A stretch of DNA of 64,000 nucleotides from positions 1,344,001 to 1,408,000 of the forward strand of contig CAWBAT010000005.1 of assembly GCA_963786955.1 (NCBI GenBank), given 5' to 3'. The notes below the pieces were generated by a model. It searched no databases. It saw only the letters and a list, made by a program, of their open reading frames with translations, and was not told the origin of the DNA. Below, piece by piece: positions 12,898-22,054 of the stretch. The translations under genes and the position numbers were made by a program. The stretch comes from an uncultured Acidimicrobiia bacterium (lineage in GTDB: Bacteria; Acidobacteriota; Terriglobia; Versatilivoradales; Versatilivoraceae). Within the stretch, counting starts at the first letter, position 1. Each line of letters begins with the position of its first letter.

Positions 12898-13836
12898 ATG
12901 AGTGCCAGGATGATAGATGGAATAAAGCTGGGGAAGGAAATTCGGGAAGAAGTGCGTTCTGAAGTCGGTGAATTGAGTCGGCAGGGGATCCAGCCGGGTC
13001 TCGCAGCCGTGCTGGTGGGGAACAATCCAGCCTCCCAGGTGTATGTGAGAAGCAAAATCAAGGCCTGTGAAAACCTAGGGATCTATAGTCAGGGAATTTA
13101 CTTGCCGGAAGATACACCGACCGAAGAATTATTGAAAACCGTTCAGGAACTCAATCAGAACTCCAAGATCGACGGAATCTTGGTCCAACTGCCTCTGCCC
13201 AAGCAAATCGATGAACAGAAGATTTTGCTGGCCGTCGATCCTGCCAAGGACGTCGATGGCCTTCATCCCATGAATGCCGGGTATCTCGCTTTAGGCCGCC
13301 GGTCTCTCCAACCGTGCACTCCATCCGGAGTCATTGAAATCCTGCGCCGCGAGCATATTCCGATGAAAGGAGCTCAAGCGGTTGTGATCGGCCGAAGCAA
13401 TCTGGTTGGCAAGCCGCTGGCTTTGTTGTTGCTACAGGAACATGCCACGGTTACCATCTGCCACTCCCGAACGCGAAATTTACCCGAAGTCGGACGCCAG
13501 GCCGACATCCTTATTGCTGCCATTGGGAAGGTAGGACTCATTACAAAAGAATTTGTGAAACCGGGAGCGGTTGTCATTGACGTCGGCATCAATAAGATCA
13601 GTGGCGATCAGTTGCCTCAGATCTTAGAATCAGACCCGTCCCTCCGCCCCCAATATGAGAAGAACCGAAGTGAGAATAAGGATTACGTGCTTACGGGAGA
13701 CGTGAATGTATCCAGCGTCAAGGAACTGGCTTCGGCAATGACACCGGTCCCGGGTGGAGTCGGGCCTCTAACCATCGCCATGTTAATGAAGAACACGGTG
13801 CTGGCCGCTAGAATGCGAAGAGGGTTAGCCCAATAA
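12898..13836 (+). CDS. folD: Methylenetetrahydrofolate dehydrogenase/cyclohydrolase
   Basis: GILVQLPLP, KDVDG, PCTP, GRSNLVGKP and TPVPGGVGPLT. Confidence 0.97.
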   Translation: MSARMIDGIKLGKEIREEVRSEVGELSRQGIQPGLAAVLVGNNPASQVYVRSKIKACENLGIYSQGIYLPEDTPTEELLKTVQELNQNSKIDGILVQLPLPKQIDEQKILLAVDPAKDVDGLHPMNAGYLALGRRSLQPCTPSGVIEILRREHIPMKGAQAVVIGRSNLVGKPLALLLLQEHATVTICHSRTRNLPEVGRQADILIAAIGKVGLITKEFVKPGAVVIDVGINKISGDQLPQILESDPSLRPQYEKNRSENKDYVLTGDVNVSSVKELASAMTPVPGGVGPLTIAMLMKNTVLAARMRRGLAQ

Positions 13837-13859
13837 TAGAGATAGCCGGCTGAACGGGT

Positions 13860-14477
13860 ATGATGAGAATTGGATTAACCGGAGGAATTGCGAGCGGCAA
13901 ATCAACGGTCTGCGACATTCTCCGGGGAAAAGGCTGTCAAGTCATCGACGCCGACAAGGTGGCTCATGAACTGATACGCCGAGGACGAAGCTGTTACGGT
14001 CCCGTGATTGAGAAATTTGGAGATGCTATTTTGGATTCTTCCGGAGAAATCGACCGGAAAAAGCTGGGTGCGATCGTCTTCGAAGATAGAACACAGCTTG
14101 AAATCCTTAGCATGATCCTTCATCCCGAAGTCATACGAGCGGTTCTGATGAATCTTGGAGAAATTGAGAAACTGAATTCGAATGCCAGAAACATCGTGGA
14201 GGCATCCATGATGATTGAGTCGGGATTTCACAAGAGTTTTCGGCGATTGATTCTAGTGACTTGCACTCCGGAACAACAGATCGAACGGCTGATGAACCGA
14301 AATGGTTTGTCCCGGGAACAAGCCAACAAACGGATCGCATTGCAGCTGCCTCTTGGCGAGAAAGTTCGTTTCGCCGATTATGTCGTTGAGAACTCCGGAA
14401 CACTGAAGCAGACCGAAGAACAAGTCCACCAGCTATTCCAAGACCTGGAAGAAACCGTATGGAAAATGTTTCCCTAA
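13860..14477 (+). CDS. coaE: Dephospho-CoA kinase
   Basis: IGLTGGIASGKST, IDAD and IDRKKLG. Confidence 0.96.
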   Translation: MMRIGLTGGIASGKSTVCDILRGKGCQVIDADKVAHELIRRGRSCYGPVIEKFGDAILDSSGEIDRKKLGAIVFEDRTQLEILSMILHPEVIRAVLMNLGEIEKLNSNARNIVEASMMIESGFHKSFRRLILVTCTPEQQIERLMNRNGLSREQANKRIALQLPLGEKVRFADYVVENSGTLKQTEEQVHQLFQDLEETVWKMFP

Positions 14478-15172
14478 TCTCCGCATTCCTTGCAGGCCTC
14501 CTCTCGTTTGTCTCGCCTTGTGTTCTTCCTCTGGTCCCTGCTTACATTTCTTTCATCTCCGGCGTGTCGCTGGAAAAACTGAGGGAAGGGGGCAGTGGAG
14601 GAATTCGCCGGAATGTCATTCTCACGTCGATATTATTCATCGCCGGATTCTCGACGATTTTCATATTGCTGGGCGCGTCGGCCACCTATGCCGGTCAATT
14701 TCTCTTGCAGAACAAGATTCTCTTCAATCGGATCGCAGGCATCATGATTATTCTTTTTGGCCTGCACGTGGCGGGTCTATTTCAAATCAAATTTCTCAAC
14801 TACGAAAAACGTTTTAGTTTTGACCCCCAGAAACCCGTGGGGATCCTTGGAACATATCTGGTAGGATTAGCCTTCGCTGCAGGATGGACCCCCTGTATCG
14901 GCCCTATCCTTGCGGCTATTTTGGTAGTGGCCAGTAATCAGGAAAACAGCGGCCAGGGAATGATCTTGCTGGCCAGTTATTCTCTTGGGTTGGCAGTTCC
15001 TTTTTTTCTCACGGCGCTTGCAATCAACGTGTTTTTCAATTTTTTCAATTGGGTCAAGCGACATTATCGTGTCATCGAAATGATCAGTGGCGCTTTGCTC
15101 GTAATCTTGGGTTTTTTGGTGATGACGAATCAGTTATCTCGACTTGCCAAGTATTTCAACTACACCTATTAG
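14459..15172 (+). CDS. ccdA: Cytochrome c biogenesis protein CcdA
   Basis: SPCVLPLVP and WTPCIGP redox motifs; about 6 TM segments. Confidence 0.93.
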   Translation: MENVSLISAFLAGLLSFVSPCVLPLVPAYISFISGVSLEKLREGGSGGIRRNVILTSILFIAGFSTIFILLGASATYAGQFLLQNKILFNRIAGIMIILFGLHVAGLFQIKFLNYEKRFSFDPQKPVGILGTYLVGLAFAAGWTPCIGPILAAILVVASNQENSGQGMILLASYSLGLAVPFFLTALAINVFFNFFNWVKRHYRVIEMISGALLVILGFLVMTNQLSRLAKYFNYTY

Positions 15173-15347
15173 GGCTGCTTCAATGGCGGATCCGGTAGCC
15201 CGCTGGAGTGGACTTTTGGCCAAGCCGCGAATTCGCGCGACCGCTTTGTGGTGAAGATGTCCTGCCGACTGGCTCATTTTGGCTTTAGCGGACTCTAGGA
15301 TGACTCGATTGAAGACTGATCAAGAAATATCATTTTCTCGAGGTCTT

Positions 15348-15860
15348 ATGAATGACGATCGTATGAGAATTGCCCTCCTGTCTATATTATTAGCGGCTGC
15401 TACCCTGGCTTCGGCTTGTTCATCCGATAGCAGGAAGCCGGCGGGCGCCTTGAAGCCGGTTCCGCAATTTACTCTTTCCAGTTTGGACGGGAAGACGGTC
15501 GCGATGAAAGACCTTTCCAACAAGGTCGTCGTGATTGACTTCTGGGCAACCTGGTGCGGACCTTGTCGTGAAGAGATCCCCCATTTGAATAAGCTCTACT
15601 CCAATTACAAAGGTCAAGGGCTGGAAATCATTGGGATTTCCATGGACGACGGGCCCGACGTCGTTAAGGAATTTGCGAGGGAATTGCGAATGGAATACCC
15701 TCTTGTAATGGGAAACGACGAGTTGGCTGACCAATTTGGAGGCATTCTGGGCTTGCCGACCACATTCATTGTCGATCGCAAAGGAAACATCGTAAAAAAA
15801 TTCGTTGGGCTGCCCCCTGCGGAAGCGCTCAATCGCATCGTTCGCGAATTGGTAGGGTGA
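15348..15860 (+). CDS. TlpA-family disulfide reductase, probable lipoprotein
   Basis: FWATWCGPC; lipobox-like LASAC; next to ccdA. Confidence 0.9.
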   Translation: MNDDRMRIALLSILLAAATLASACSSDSRKPAGALKPVPQFTLSSLDGKTVAMKDLSNKVVVIDFWATWCGPCREEIPHLNKLYSNYKGQGLEIIGISMDDGPDVVKEFARELRMEYPLVMGNDELADQFGGILGLPTTFIVDRKGNIVKKFVGLPPAEALNRIVRELVG

Positions 15861-16066
15861 TGACGAGCGAATTTGGTTTTGGGAAACTCGCTTCTAGCCG
15901 ATCGAAAAGGCTGTATGCCTGCAAACCAAATCTAAATTGGAATGATCCGAAAAAAGATTGGAACCTCCCCAAGGCGTAAAGCCTAGCCAGGTCTTTCGGT
16001 TTTTGTTTGTGCTGAAGCAGGGTTAGATCTTGTCCCCTCCGTTTGATGAAATGAGCTGTTATTACA

Positions 16067-17248
16067 ATGCTAAGTACGACGATTACTTTCCGGCTAAGAA
16101 CTCTCTTAATGATACTGACCTTGACCATAGTGGCAACCTGGGCTGGGAATCGGCTGCTGCAGCGGCAAAAATCTCCTGCCCCATTCTCCGTGGAAAGTTC
16201 TTCTGCCGCGGCAGCCGACAAGCTCTATGTGCCGGCTAACGACGACGAAGCCAATAGTATTGATATTTACAAGGGGGTCAGTCCGGCGGTCGTTAATATC
16301 ACTTCGACCACCATCGACTTCGATTTTTTTTTCAACGCCATGCCGAAGCAGGGAGCTGGGTCCGGTTCGCTGATCGATGCCGAAGGGCATATTCTGACCA
16401 ATTACCATGTCATTGAGAACGCACGGATGCTCGAAGTCACACTCGCAGACCAGCGGAAATTCAAGGCCAAGGCGGTGGGTGTGGATCTCTCCAATGACTT
16501 GGCGGTTATCAAAATCGATCCCGGCAAGAAACCCCTTCCGGTGGTTCCGATGGGGAGCTCTTCAAACCTTCAGGTTGGACAAAAGGTTCTAGCCATCGGG
16601 AATCCGTTCGGATTGGAAGGGACTCTCACGACAGGAATCATCAGTTCATTGCGGCGAACGATACGGGCCGAAGATGGAAAGCTCATTGATGATGTCATTC
16701 AAACTGACGCTGCGATCAATCCGGGCAACTCCGGTGGCCCCCTCCTGAATTCTCATGGGGAAATGATTGGAATCAATTCACAGATTGTCTCGCCCAGTGG
16801 CAGTGGAGGGAATGTCGGGATTGGATTTGCAATTCCGGTCAATACAGCTAAAGCCATTATTCCCGATTTGATCTCGGAAGGGCGCGTCCGCAGACCCTAT
16901 GCGCGAATCTCCGGATATGAAATCACACCGGAACTGACGGAGATTTTGGATTTGCCGGTGGACCATGGAATCTTGGTGGCCAGAACTCAGCCGGATGATT
17001 CTTTTGCGCAGGCTGGGATCCGGGGTGGTCGGCAAACCTATCTCATTGGTAATTCGCCCATGATTCTCGGCGGGGATATCATCGTCGATGCCGACGGACA
17101 ACCGGTGCACAATATGTATGATCTGGATCGCTTGGTAGACAAAAAGAAGCCCGGCGAGACGCTCACCCTGAAAATCTTTCGGGGGAAACGCGAAATGGTA
17201 GTGTCGGTACTTTTGATTGAGAGGACTCGCCCCGGGGTCCGTTTATAG
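16067..17248 (+). CDS. HtrA/DegQ-like serine protease with PDZ domain
   Basis: LTNYHV, DLAVIK and QTDAAINPGNSGGPL; C-terminal PDZ. Confidence 0.95.
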   Translation: MLSTTITFRLRTLLMILTLTIVATWAGNRLLQRQKSPAPFSVESSSAAAADKLYVPANDDEANSIDIYKGVSPAVVNITSTTIDFDFFFNAMPKQGAGSGSLIDAEGHILTNYHVIENARMLEVTLADQRKFKAKAVGVDLSNDLAVIKIDPGKKPLPVVPMGSSSNLQVGQKVLAIGNPFGLEGTLTTGIISSLRRTIRAEDGKLIDDVIQTDAAINPGNSGGPLLNSHGEMIGINSQIVSPSGSGGNVGIGFAIPVNTAKAIIPDLISEGRVRRPYARISGYEITPELTEILDLPVDHGILVARTQPDDSFAQAGIRGGRQTYLIGNSPMILGGDIIVDADGQPVHNMYDLDRLVDKKKPGETLTLKIFRGKREMVVSVLLIERTRPGVRL

Positions 17249-17307
17249 TTCAAGTGACGAGGGTGGGTTGTGAAATTTATTGAGGCGACACCCGCAGTAG
17301 TTAGTCC

Positions 17308-17718
17308 TTGCCAAATACGGTTGCGAAAATGGGATTTCGAAAAGATTTTCTCCAGCGTCCTCCATTTCTGTTTGCACTAGGGGCTGTTGTCATTGTTCTC
17401 CTCCTCTATCGTTATGGGAACATTCGGGAAGAGTGGGTGGTGAAACGCTTCTTGCAGGAACTGAAAGCGGCAGAGTATCAAAAGGCCTATCAAACGTGGG
17501 GGCCCACCAGTGGATATTCTTACCCGGATTTCATGGCCGATTGGGGTGGAAACGGCTACTACGGCAAGATTCATGAGTTTAGAATCGCGCGCTCAAAATC
17601 TGAGGGCACGGGAGTGATTGTCGAAGTTGAATTCTCCCATCTGAAATACCCTGTCTACTTATGGGTTGAACGCAGAAGCCATACACTTGGGTTCTCCCCG
17701 ATTGAACAACTGCAGTAA
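17308..17718 (+). CDS. Hypothetical membrane-anchored protein
   Basis: N-terminal TM segment, co-oriented with htrA; start uncertain. Confidence 0.65.
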   Translation: MPNTVAKMGFRKDFLQRPPFLFALGAVVIVLLLYRYGNIREEWVVKRFLQELKAAEYQKAYQTWGPTSGYSYPDFMADWGGNGYYGKIHEFRIARSKSEGTGVIVEVEFSHLKYPVYLWVERRSHTLGFSPIEQLQ

Positions 17719-17730
17719 ACTTGGTGCTTC

Positions 17731-17868
17731 TTGAAATTGAGAGCCTGCCTGAGAGTGGGAGGCCGTCTGAGTGTGGAAGCCTGTCTGAAAGTGGGAGGCT
17801 GCCTCCGGCAGGCGATGATGGATTCAACCAACACAGTCGCCGGTGAGGACACCACCTCCCACCTTCGA
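17731..17868 (+). repeat. Left REP array of the RAYT locus: 4 x 18-nt tandem units plus REP doublet
   Basis: ttgaaattgagagcctgc / ctgagagtgggaggccgt / ctgagtgtggaagcctgt / ctgaaagtgggaggctgc, then hairpin-spacer-hairpin ending cctcccaccttcga. Confidence 0.9.
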
Positions 17869-17906
17869 ACAGCCCTCCCGAATTAGGATTTACTGCTGCA
17901 AATTTT

Positions 17907-18422
17907 ATGTGCTCAACTAACCCTCCACCGCATTCGCGAAATCTCAGACTACACCGTCAAATGGAAGGACCTGGGACCTTTTTTGTCACCAAATGTCTGG
18001 AGCCTCGGAAACAAGTCATTGGTGAGCAAGTTGCCTCCAAAGTGGGCTCAGCTTTGTGCTTTTATGCGGAGAAGAAACTCATCTATCTGGCAGCCTTTGT
18101 GGTCATGCTGGATCATTGGCATGTCGTGCTGGCCACAGCCGATGGCAAGCCTGTATCGCAGCGAATGCAAAGTTTGGGACGATGGCTAGACAGAAACTGC
18201 GGTTCCATTCTCTCTGTCCAAGGTTGTGACTGGCAGGACGGTTTCCATGAAACCCGGATCCGTTCGGCCAAACAGTTTCAGTTTGTCTGTATCTATATCG
18301 AGGAAAACCCCGTCCGGGCGAGGCTAGTCCAGTCCCCCTCAGAATGGAAATGGTCATCCGCTCATCCGCGCTATCAATCTTACTTGACCAAACCTTGGCC
18401 TTGGAGTTTTGAGAAGGATTAG
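17907..18422 (+). mobile_element. REP-associated tyrosine transposase (RAYT, Y1/HUH, IS200-like)
   Basis: FFVT, AFVVMLDHWH (HUH), WQDGFHETRIR, YIEENPVRARLV (catalytic Tyr) and WKWSS; flanked by REP arrays. Confidence 0.92.
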
Positions 18423-18436
18423 CAAACCACCTTTAG

Positions 18437-18595
18437 TCTAATATGGGAACCTGCGTGAATGTGGAAGGCTTCCTGAGAGTGGGAGGCCATCTGAGTGTGG
18501 AAGCCTGTCTGAAAGTGGGAGGCTGCCTCCGGCAGGCGACAAATAGGTCCTCAGTCACCAAGGTCGCCGGTGAGGACACCGCCTCCCACCTTCGA
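18437..18595 (+). repeat. Right REP array of the RAYT locus: 5 x 18-nt tandem units plus REP doublet (direct repeat of the left array)
   Basis: Near-identical to 17749-17868 except for the inter-REP spacer. Confidence 0.9.
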
Positions 18596-18596
18596 G

Positions 18597-20960
18597 CTAC
18601 TCTTTGGTTTGCGGCAATGCAAAACTGTAAATGACACGGCCCGCAGAGATCGCTACATATTGGCGTCCTCCGACGGCATAGCTCATCGGAGATGAGTGGA
18701 TTGGTGCCCCGGTTTGGAATCTCCAAAGCAACCGACCATTGCGGGAATCGAGTGCAGTTAAGTGGCCGTCGCGGTTGGCAGCGAAGAGAACTCCACCGCC
18801 GGTAGCCAAGACTCCAGCGGAATTGGTTCCAATAAAGAATTTGTATTCCCACTCAATGTCCCCGTTCTCCGGATTAATAGCTTTCACACCTCCCCATTCA
18901 CGTTCTTGGAGTGGGACAAACTTCCCCCCCCAACAAGCCTTCCCAACAGGACAATCCGCCGCCTCTTTGAAGTAACGGTCCCCTGTCTCCCTGAAAGTCA
19001 GATAGAGCCAGCCGGTTGATGGGTCGTAGGAGGGCGCCTGCCAGTTTGTCGCCCCGGCCACCCCGGGATAATTAGGCTGGCCTTCCACACTGGATTCGAA
19101 GCCAGGCTCCAAGATTGGTTTACCTTGTTCATCCAGCCCCTTGGCCCAGCTTTGCCGGGCAAAAGGTCTACCAAGCAGAAACTTGCCGGTTACCCGGTCG
19201 AGGACATAAAAGAAGGCGTTTCGGTCAGCGTGGAGGAGTAGTTTCCTCGGCTTGCCCTGGAACACTCGATCCACTAGAACCGGTGTTTCGTTGGAATCCC
19301 AGTCGTGAGTGTCATGCGGAGTGAATTGGAAATACCATTTGAGTTTTCCTGTCTCGGCCTCCAAGGCAACCATAGAACAGGTGAAGAGATTATCTCCCTT
19401 ACGGAGATCGCCATTAAGATCAGGAGAAGGGTTCCCGATGCCCCAATAAAGCATGTCCAGGTCGGGGTCGTAGGTTCCTGTCATCCAGGTCGAGCCTCCG
19501 CCTCGCTTCCAGCTATCCCCCTCCCAAGTCTCGTGACCTAGCTCTCCTGGCCCGGGCACAGTCTGAAACCTCCAGATTCGTTTTCCGGAAGCCGGGTCGT
19601 AGGCATCGATGAATCCGCGAATTCCAAATTCGGCGCTTGAAATCCCACAGATAATCTTATCTTTGAGCGCGAGAGGAGCGACAGTCGCACCATATCCTTC
19701 CAGTACGTCTGCCATTTCCGTCTCCCAAAGCAAGCGGCCTGTCTTAGTGTCCAGAGCGACAAGATACGCATCAATTGTGCTAAAGAACACTCTTTCTCCG
19801 AGAATGGCCACTCCACGATTAACGTTGTCCGCAACCGTCGGCTTATTCCCCTTAATGCGATGTTGATACTGCCAAATGAGGTTCCCGGAGGCAGCGTCCA
19901 GAGCAAAGACATGACCGGAAGGCCCAATAGCATAAAGGATACCATCCACGACCAGAGGAGTTGCTTCTAACACTCCTGTCCCTGGAAACTGGTAGGCCCA
20001 GGCTGCTTGTAACGAATGGACATTCTGTCGACTGATTTGACTGAGCGGCGCGTAATGCCTCCCTTGATAATCTCCCCAGTAGGTCAGCCAATTCTGCGGT
20101 TCTCGATTGGCGTTTCTCAGGCGTTCAAAACTCAGGCCTTTTTCCAGGGGTACCCTGGCGACTTGGGTCAAATCGCGCTGGCGAAGAGTCTTCAAATAAG
20201 CGATTAAGTTCTGCAATTCGTCCGGGGGTAAGCGATTGCCATAGTCTGATGGCATCAGCGATTCCGATGCATAGGTGAGGCTCGCCAAATCCTTCTTCTG
20301 AAACAAGTGAATCTGATCGTGTTCGTCCATGAGTTGAATGGAAAAAGTGTCTTCGTTCCGGCGAACACCACGAATATCCTGTCCGTCATTGGTCTTAATT
20401 GTGATGACTTCGGGTCGCTGGGTGGCGCGACTGTTTGGATGGATAATCGCATCGCGCAAACCTCGCGAAGTCCATAGACCCACCGTTGACAAGTCAGGGC
20501 CAACTCGACCACCACGCCCGTTGATCTGATGACAACGCCCGCAATTGGCTTTGCCTGAAAAAATTTTCTCTCCTGCAATCGGATCACCGGGTACTTGTTC
20601 TTCCTCCCCGGAGGGGTTCAAAGTGTGCAAATAACTCACGAGTTCCCAGATCTGGTCTTGACTTAATTCAAATGGAGGCATCGGAGTGCCTGGAATTCCC
20701 TGCCGAATGGTTTGATACAGCGGCCAGTCTTCCTTGCCAGACTTGAGATTTGGGCTGGCGAGTGAAGGCCCTCTGCCTCCCAGGCCATCACCGCCATGGC
20801 ATGCTTGGCAGTAATTTGAATACGACTTTTTGCCGGATTCAATAGCGTCCGGATGTCCTTCGAAAGGATTCTTATTCGACGTCTGTGCTAGACCCGGGGT
20901 GATTGAAAGAACGAGGGCGAGAAGGCTTTTCAAAACTGGGTTTTTGGAAGAAACCATCAA
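18597..20960 (-). CDS. PQQ-type beta-propeller dehydrogenase fused to two N-terminal c-type cytochrome domains
   Basis: Signal peptide; CQACH and CGRCH; NWLTYWG, EATPLVVDG, NRGVA, YWGIGNPSP and WYFQFTPHDTHDWD; start uncertain. Confidence 0.92.
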   Translation of the reverse strand: MMVSSKNPVLKSLLALVLSITPGLAQTSNKNPFEGHPDAIESGKKSYSNYCQACHGGDGLGGRGPSLASPNLKSGKEDWPLYQTIRQGIPGTPMPPFELSQDQIWELVSYLHTLNPSGEEEQVPGDPIAGEKIFSGKANCGRCHQINGRGGRVGPDLSTVGLWTSRGLRDAIIHPNSRATQRPEVITIKTNDGQDIRGVRRNEDTFSIQLMDEHDQIHLFQKKDLASLTYASESLMPSDYGNRLPPDELQNLIAYLKTLRQRDLTQVARVPLEKGLSFERLRNANREPQNWLTYWGDYQGRHYAPLSQISRQNVHSLQAAWAYQFPGTGVLEATPLVVDGILYAIGPSGHVFALDAASGNLIWQYQHRIKGNKPTVADNVNRGVAILGERVFFSTIDAYLVALDTKTGRLLWETEMADVLEGYGATVAPLALKDKIICGISSAEFGIRGFIDAYDPASGKRIWRFQTVPGPGELGHETWEGDSWKRGGGSTWMTGTYDPDLDMLYWGIGNPSPDLNGDLRKGDNLFTCSMVALEAETGKLKWYFQFTPHDTHDWDSNETPVLVDRVFQGKPRKLLLHADRNAFFYVLDRVTGKFLLGRPFARQSWAKGLDEQGKPILEPGFESSVEGQPNYPGVAGATNWQAPSYDPSTGWLYLTFRETGDRYFKEAADCPVGKACWGGKFVPLQEREWGGVKAINPENGDIEWEYKFFIGTNSAGVLATGGGVLFAANRDGHLTALDSRNGRLLWRFQTGAPIHSSPMSYAVGGRQYVAISAGRVIYSFALPQTKE

Positions 20961-21043
20961 GCTTCCCCTTTAAAATTTCGCTTGGGTGCGTCAAGTCCGG
21001 CGTTCGGCTGGCTTTTTTCGACTCCTTGCCGATACTCCTCTTT

Positions 21044-22045
21044 TCAGGGGCCGTCGGTTTCGAGGTTCTGAATGACTCTGCTCAACTCTTCAGCCGCCAC
21101 CGCATACGTTCCCGGATGACTGACTGCGAGGGCTGCCGCGAGGTTGGCGAGCAAAGCCGCATCATTTAAATCGGCATTGCAGGAGAGTGCAGCGGCCAGT
21201 GTGGCCAAAACCGTATCGCCTGCACCCGTAACGTTCTTGGGAGCCGTGCATAACGCGGGGAAGGATTGAGCAACCCCTGCAGCAGTGGAAACCGCCATCC
21301 CCTTTTCTGCGAGTGTCAACACAACGTTCAAGGACAAAATTTGCCCCAACTCCCGGGCTAATTCAAGACTCTCACTCGGGCAGGAAGAGCCAGTCCGCAG
21401 CTGGGAATACAGATTCTTGGCTTCGTCTAGATTTGGAGTGATGCAATGAAGGCTTCGCCATTGTCTGATATTTTGAGGCTTGATATCCCCCAAGATTCTT
21501 AGCCCCCTAGATCCCGCCATGGATTCCAGAGTATTCACAAAACCGTTCTTAAGCGTTCCTTTGTCATAATCAGACACTAAAAGGAGTTGAGATCTTTCCA
21601 TTGCCTCAGACAATGTTTGCGACAAGGCTTGAATCTGATGGCGATCCAGAGGCGTCGTGTCCTCCTCATCCAATCGAAGATAATAATGGCCGCTCGCTTG
21701 GACACGAGTTTTTCGTGAGGTTGGCGATTGGGTCCCTAAGGGATGAAATTCAATTCCCGCTTCCTCCACGAGGCGATGGAGTATTTCACCTTCTCTGTCG
21801 ATCCCGATCATTCCTACCAGAATTGTTTTGACTCCTAGTCGGGCTAGGTTATGCGCCACATTGGCGGCGCCTCCAAGGGCATGAGCCTGACCCGATATTT
21901 CCAAAAAAGGGACTGGGGCTTCGCTAGCTACCCCGACAGCCCGGCATTCCAAGTAGGTATCAAGAATGAGATCTCCGACAACAAGGACGTGAGCTTTTGG
22001 GAACCCCTCGACGAGCCGCAGAAGTTTTTGAGTGAGAATAGACAT
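21044..22045 (-). CDS. Heptose-7-phosphate kinase-like (HldA/RfaE domain I, PfkB family)
   Basis: VVGDLILD, EAPVP, GGAANVA, SDYDKG, TPN..EA and VTGAGD. Confidence 0.88.
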   Translation of the reverse strand: MSILTQKLLRLVEGFPKAHVLVVGDLILDTYLECRAVGVASEAPVPFLEISGQAHALGGAANVAHNLARLGVKTILVGMIGIDREGEILHRLVEEAGIEFHPLGTQSPTSRKTRVQASGHYYLRLDEEDTTPLDRHQIQALSQTLSEAMERSQLLLVSDYDKGTLKNGFVNTLESMAGSRGLRILGDIKPQNIRQWRSLHCITPNLDEAKNLYSQLRTGSSCPSESLELARELGQILSLNVVLTLAEKGMAVSTAAGVAQSFPALCTAPKNVTGAGDTVLATLAAALSCNADLNDAALLANLAAALAVSHPGTYAVAAEELSRVIQNLETDGP

Positions 22046-22054
22046 TGAGACCTG

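Noticed and set aside
13590-13700. Insertion in FolD as an intein or mobile element
   Set aside because: A short in-frame loop with no intein motifs; probably a lineage-specific indel.
17731-18595. CRISPR array
   Set aside because: The 18-nt units are contiguous without spacers, there are no cas genes, and REP/RAYT explains the locus.
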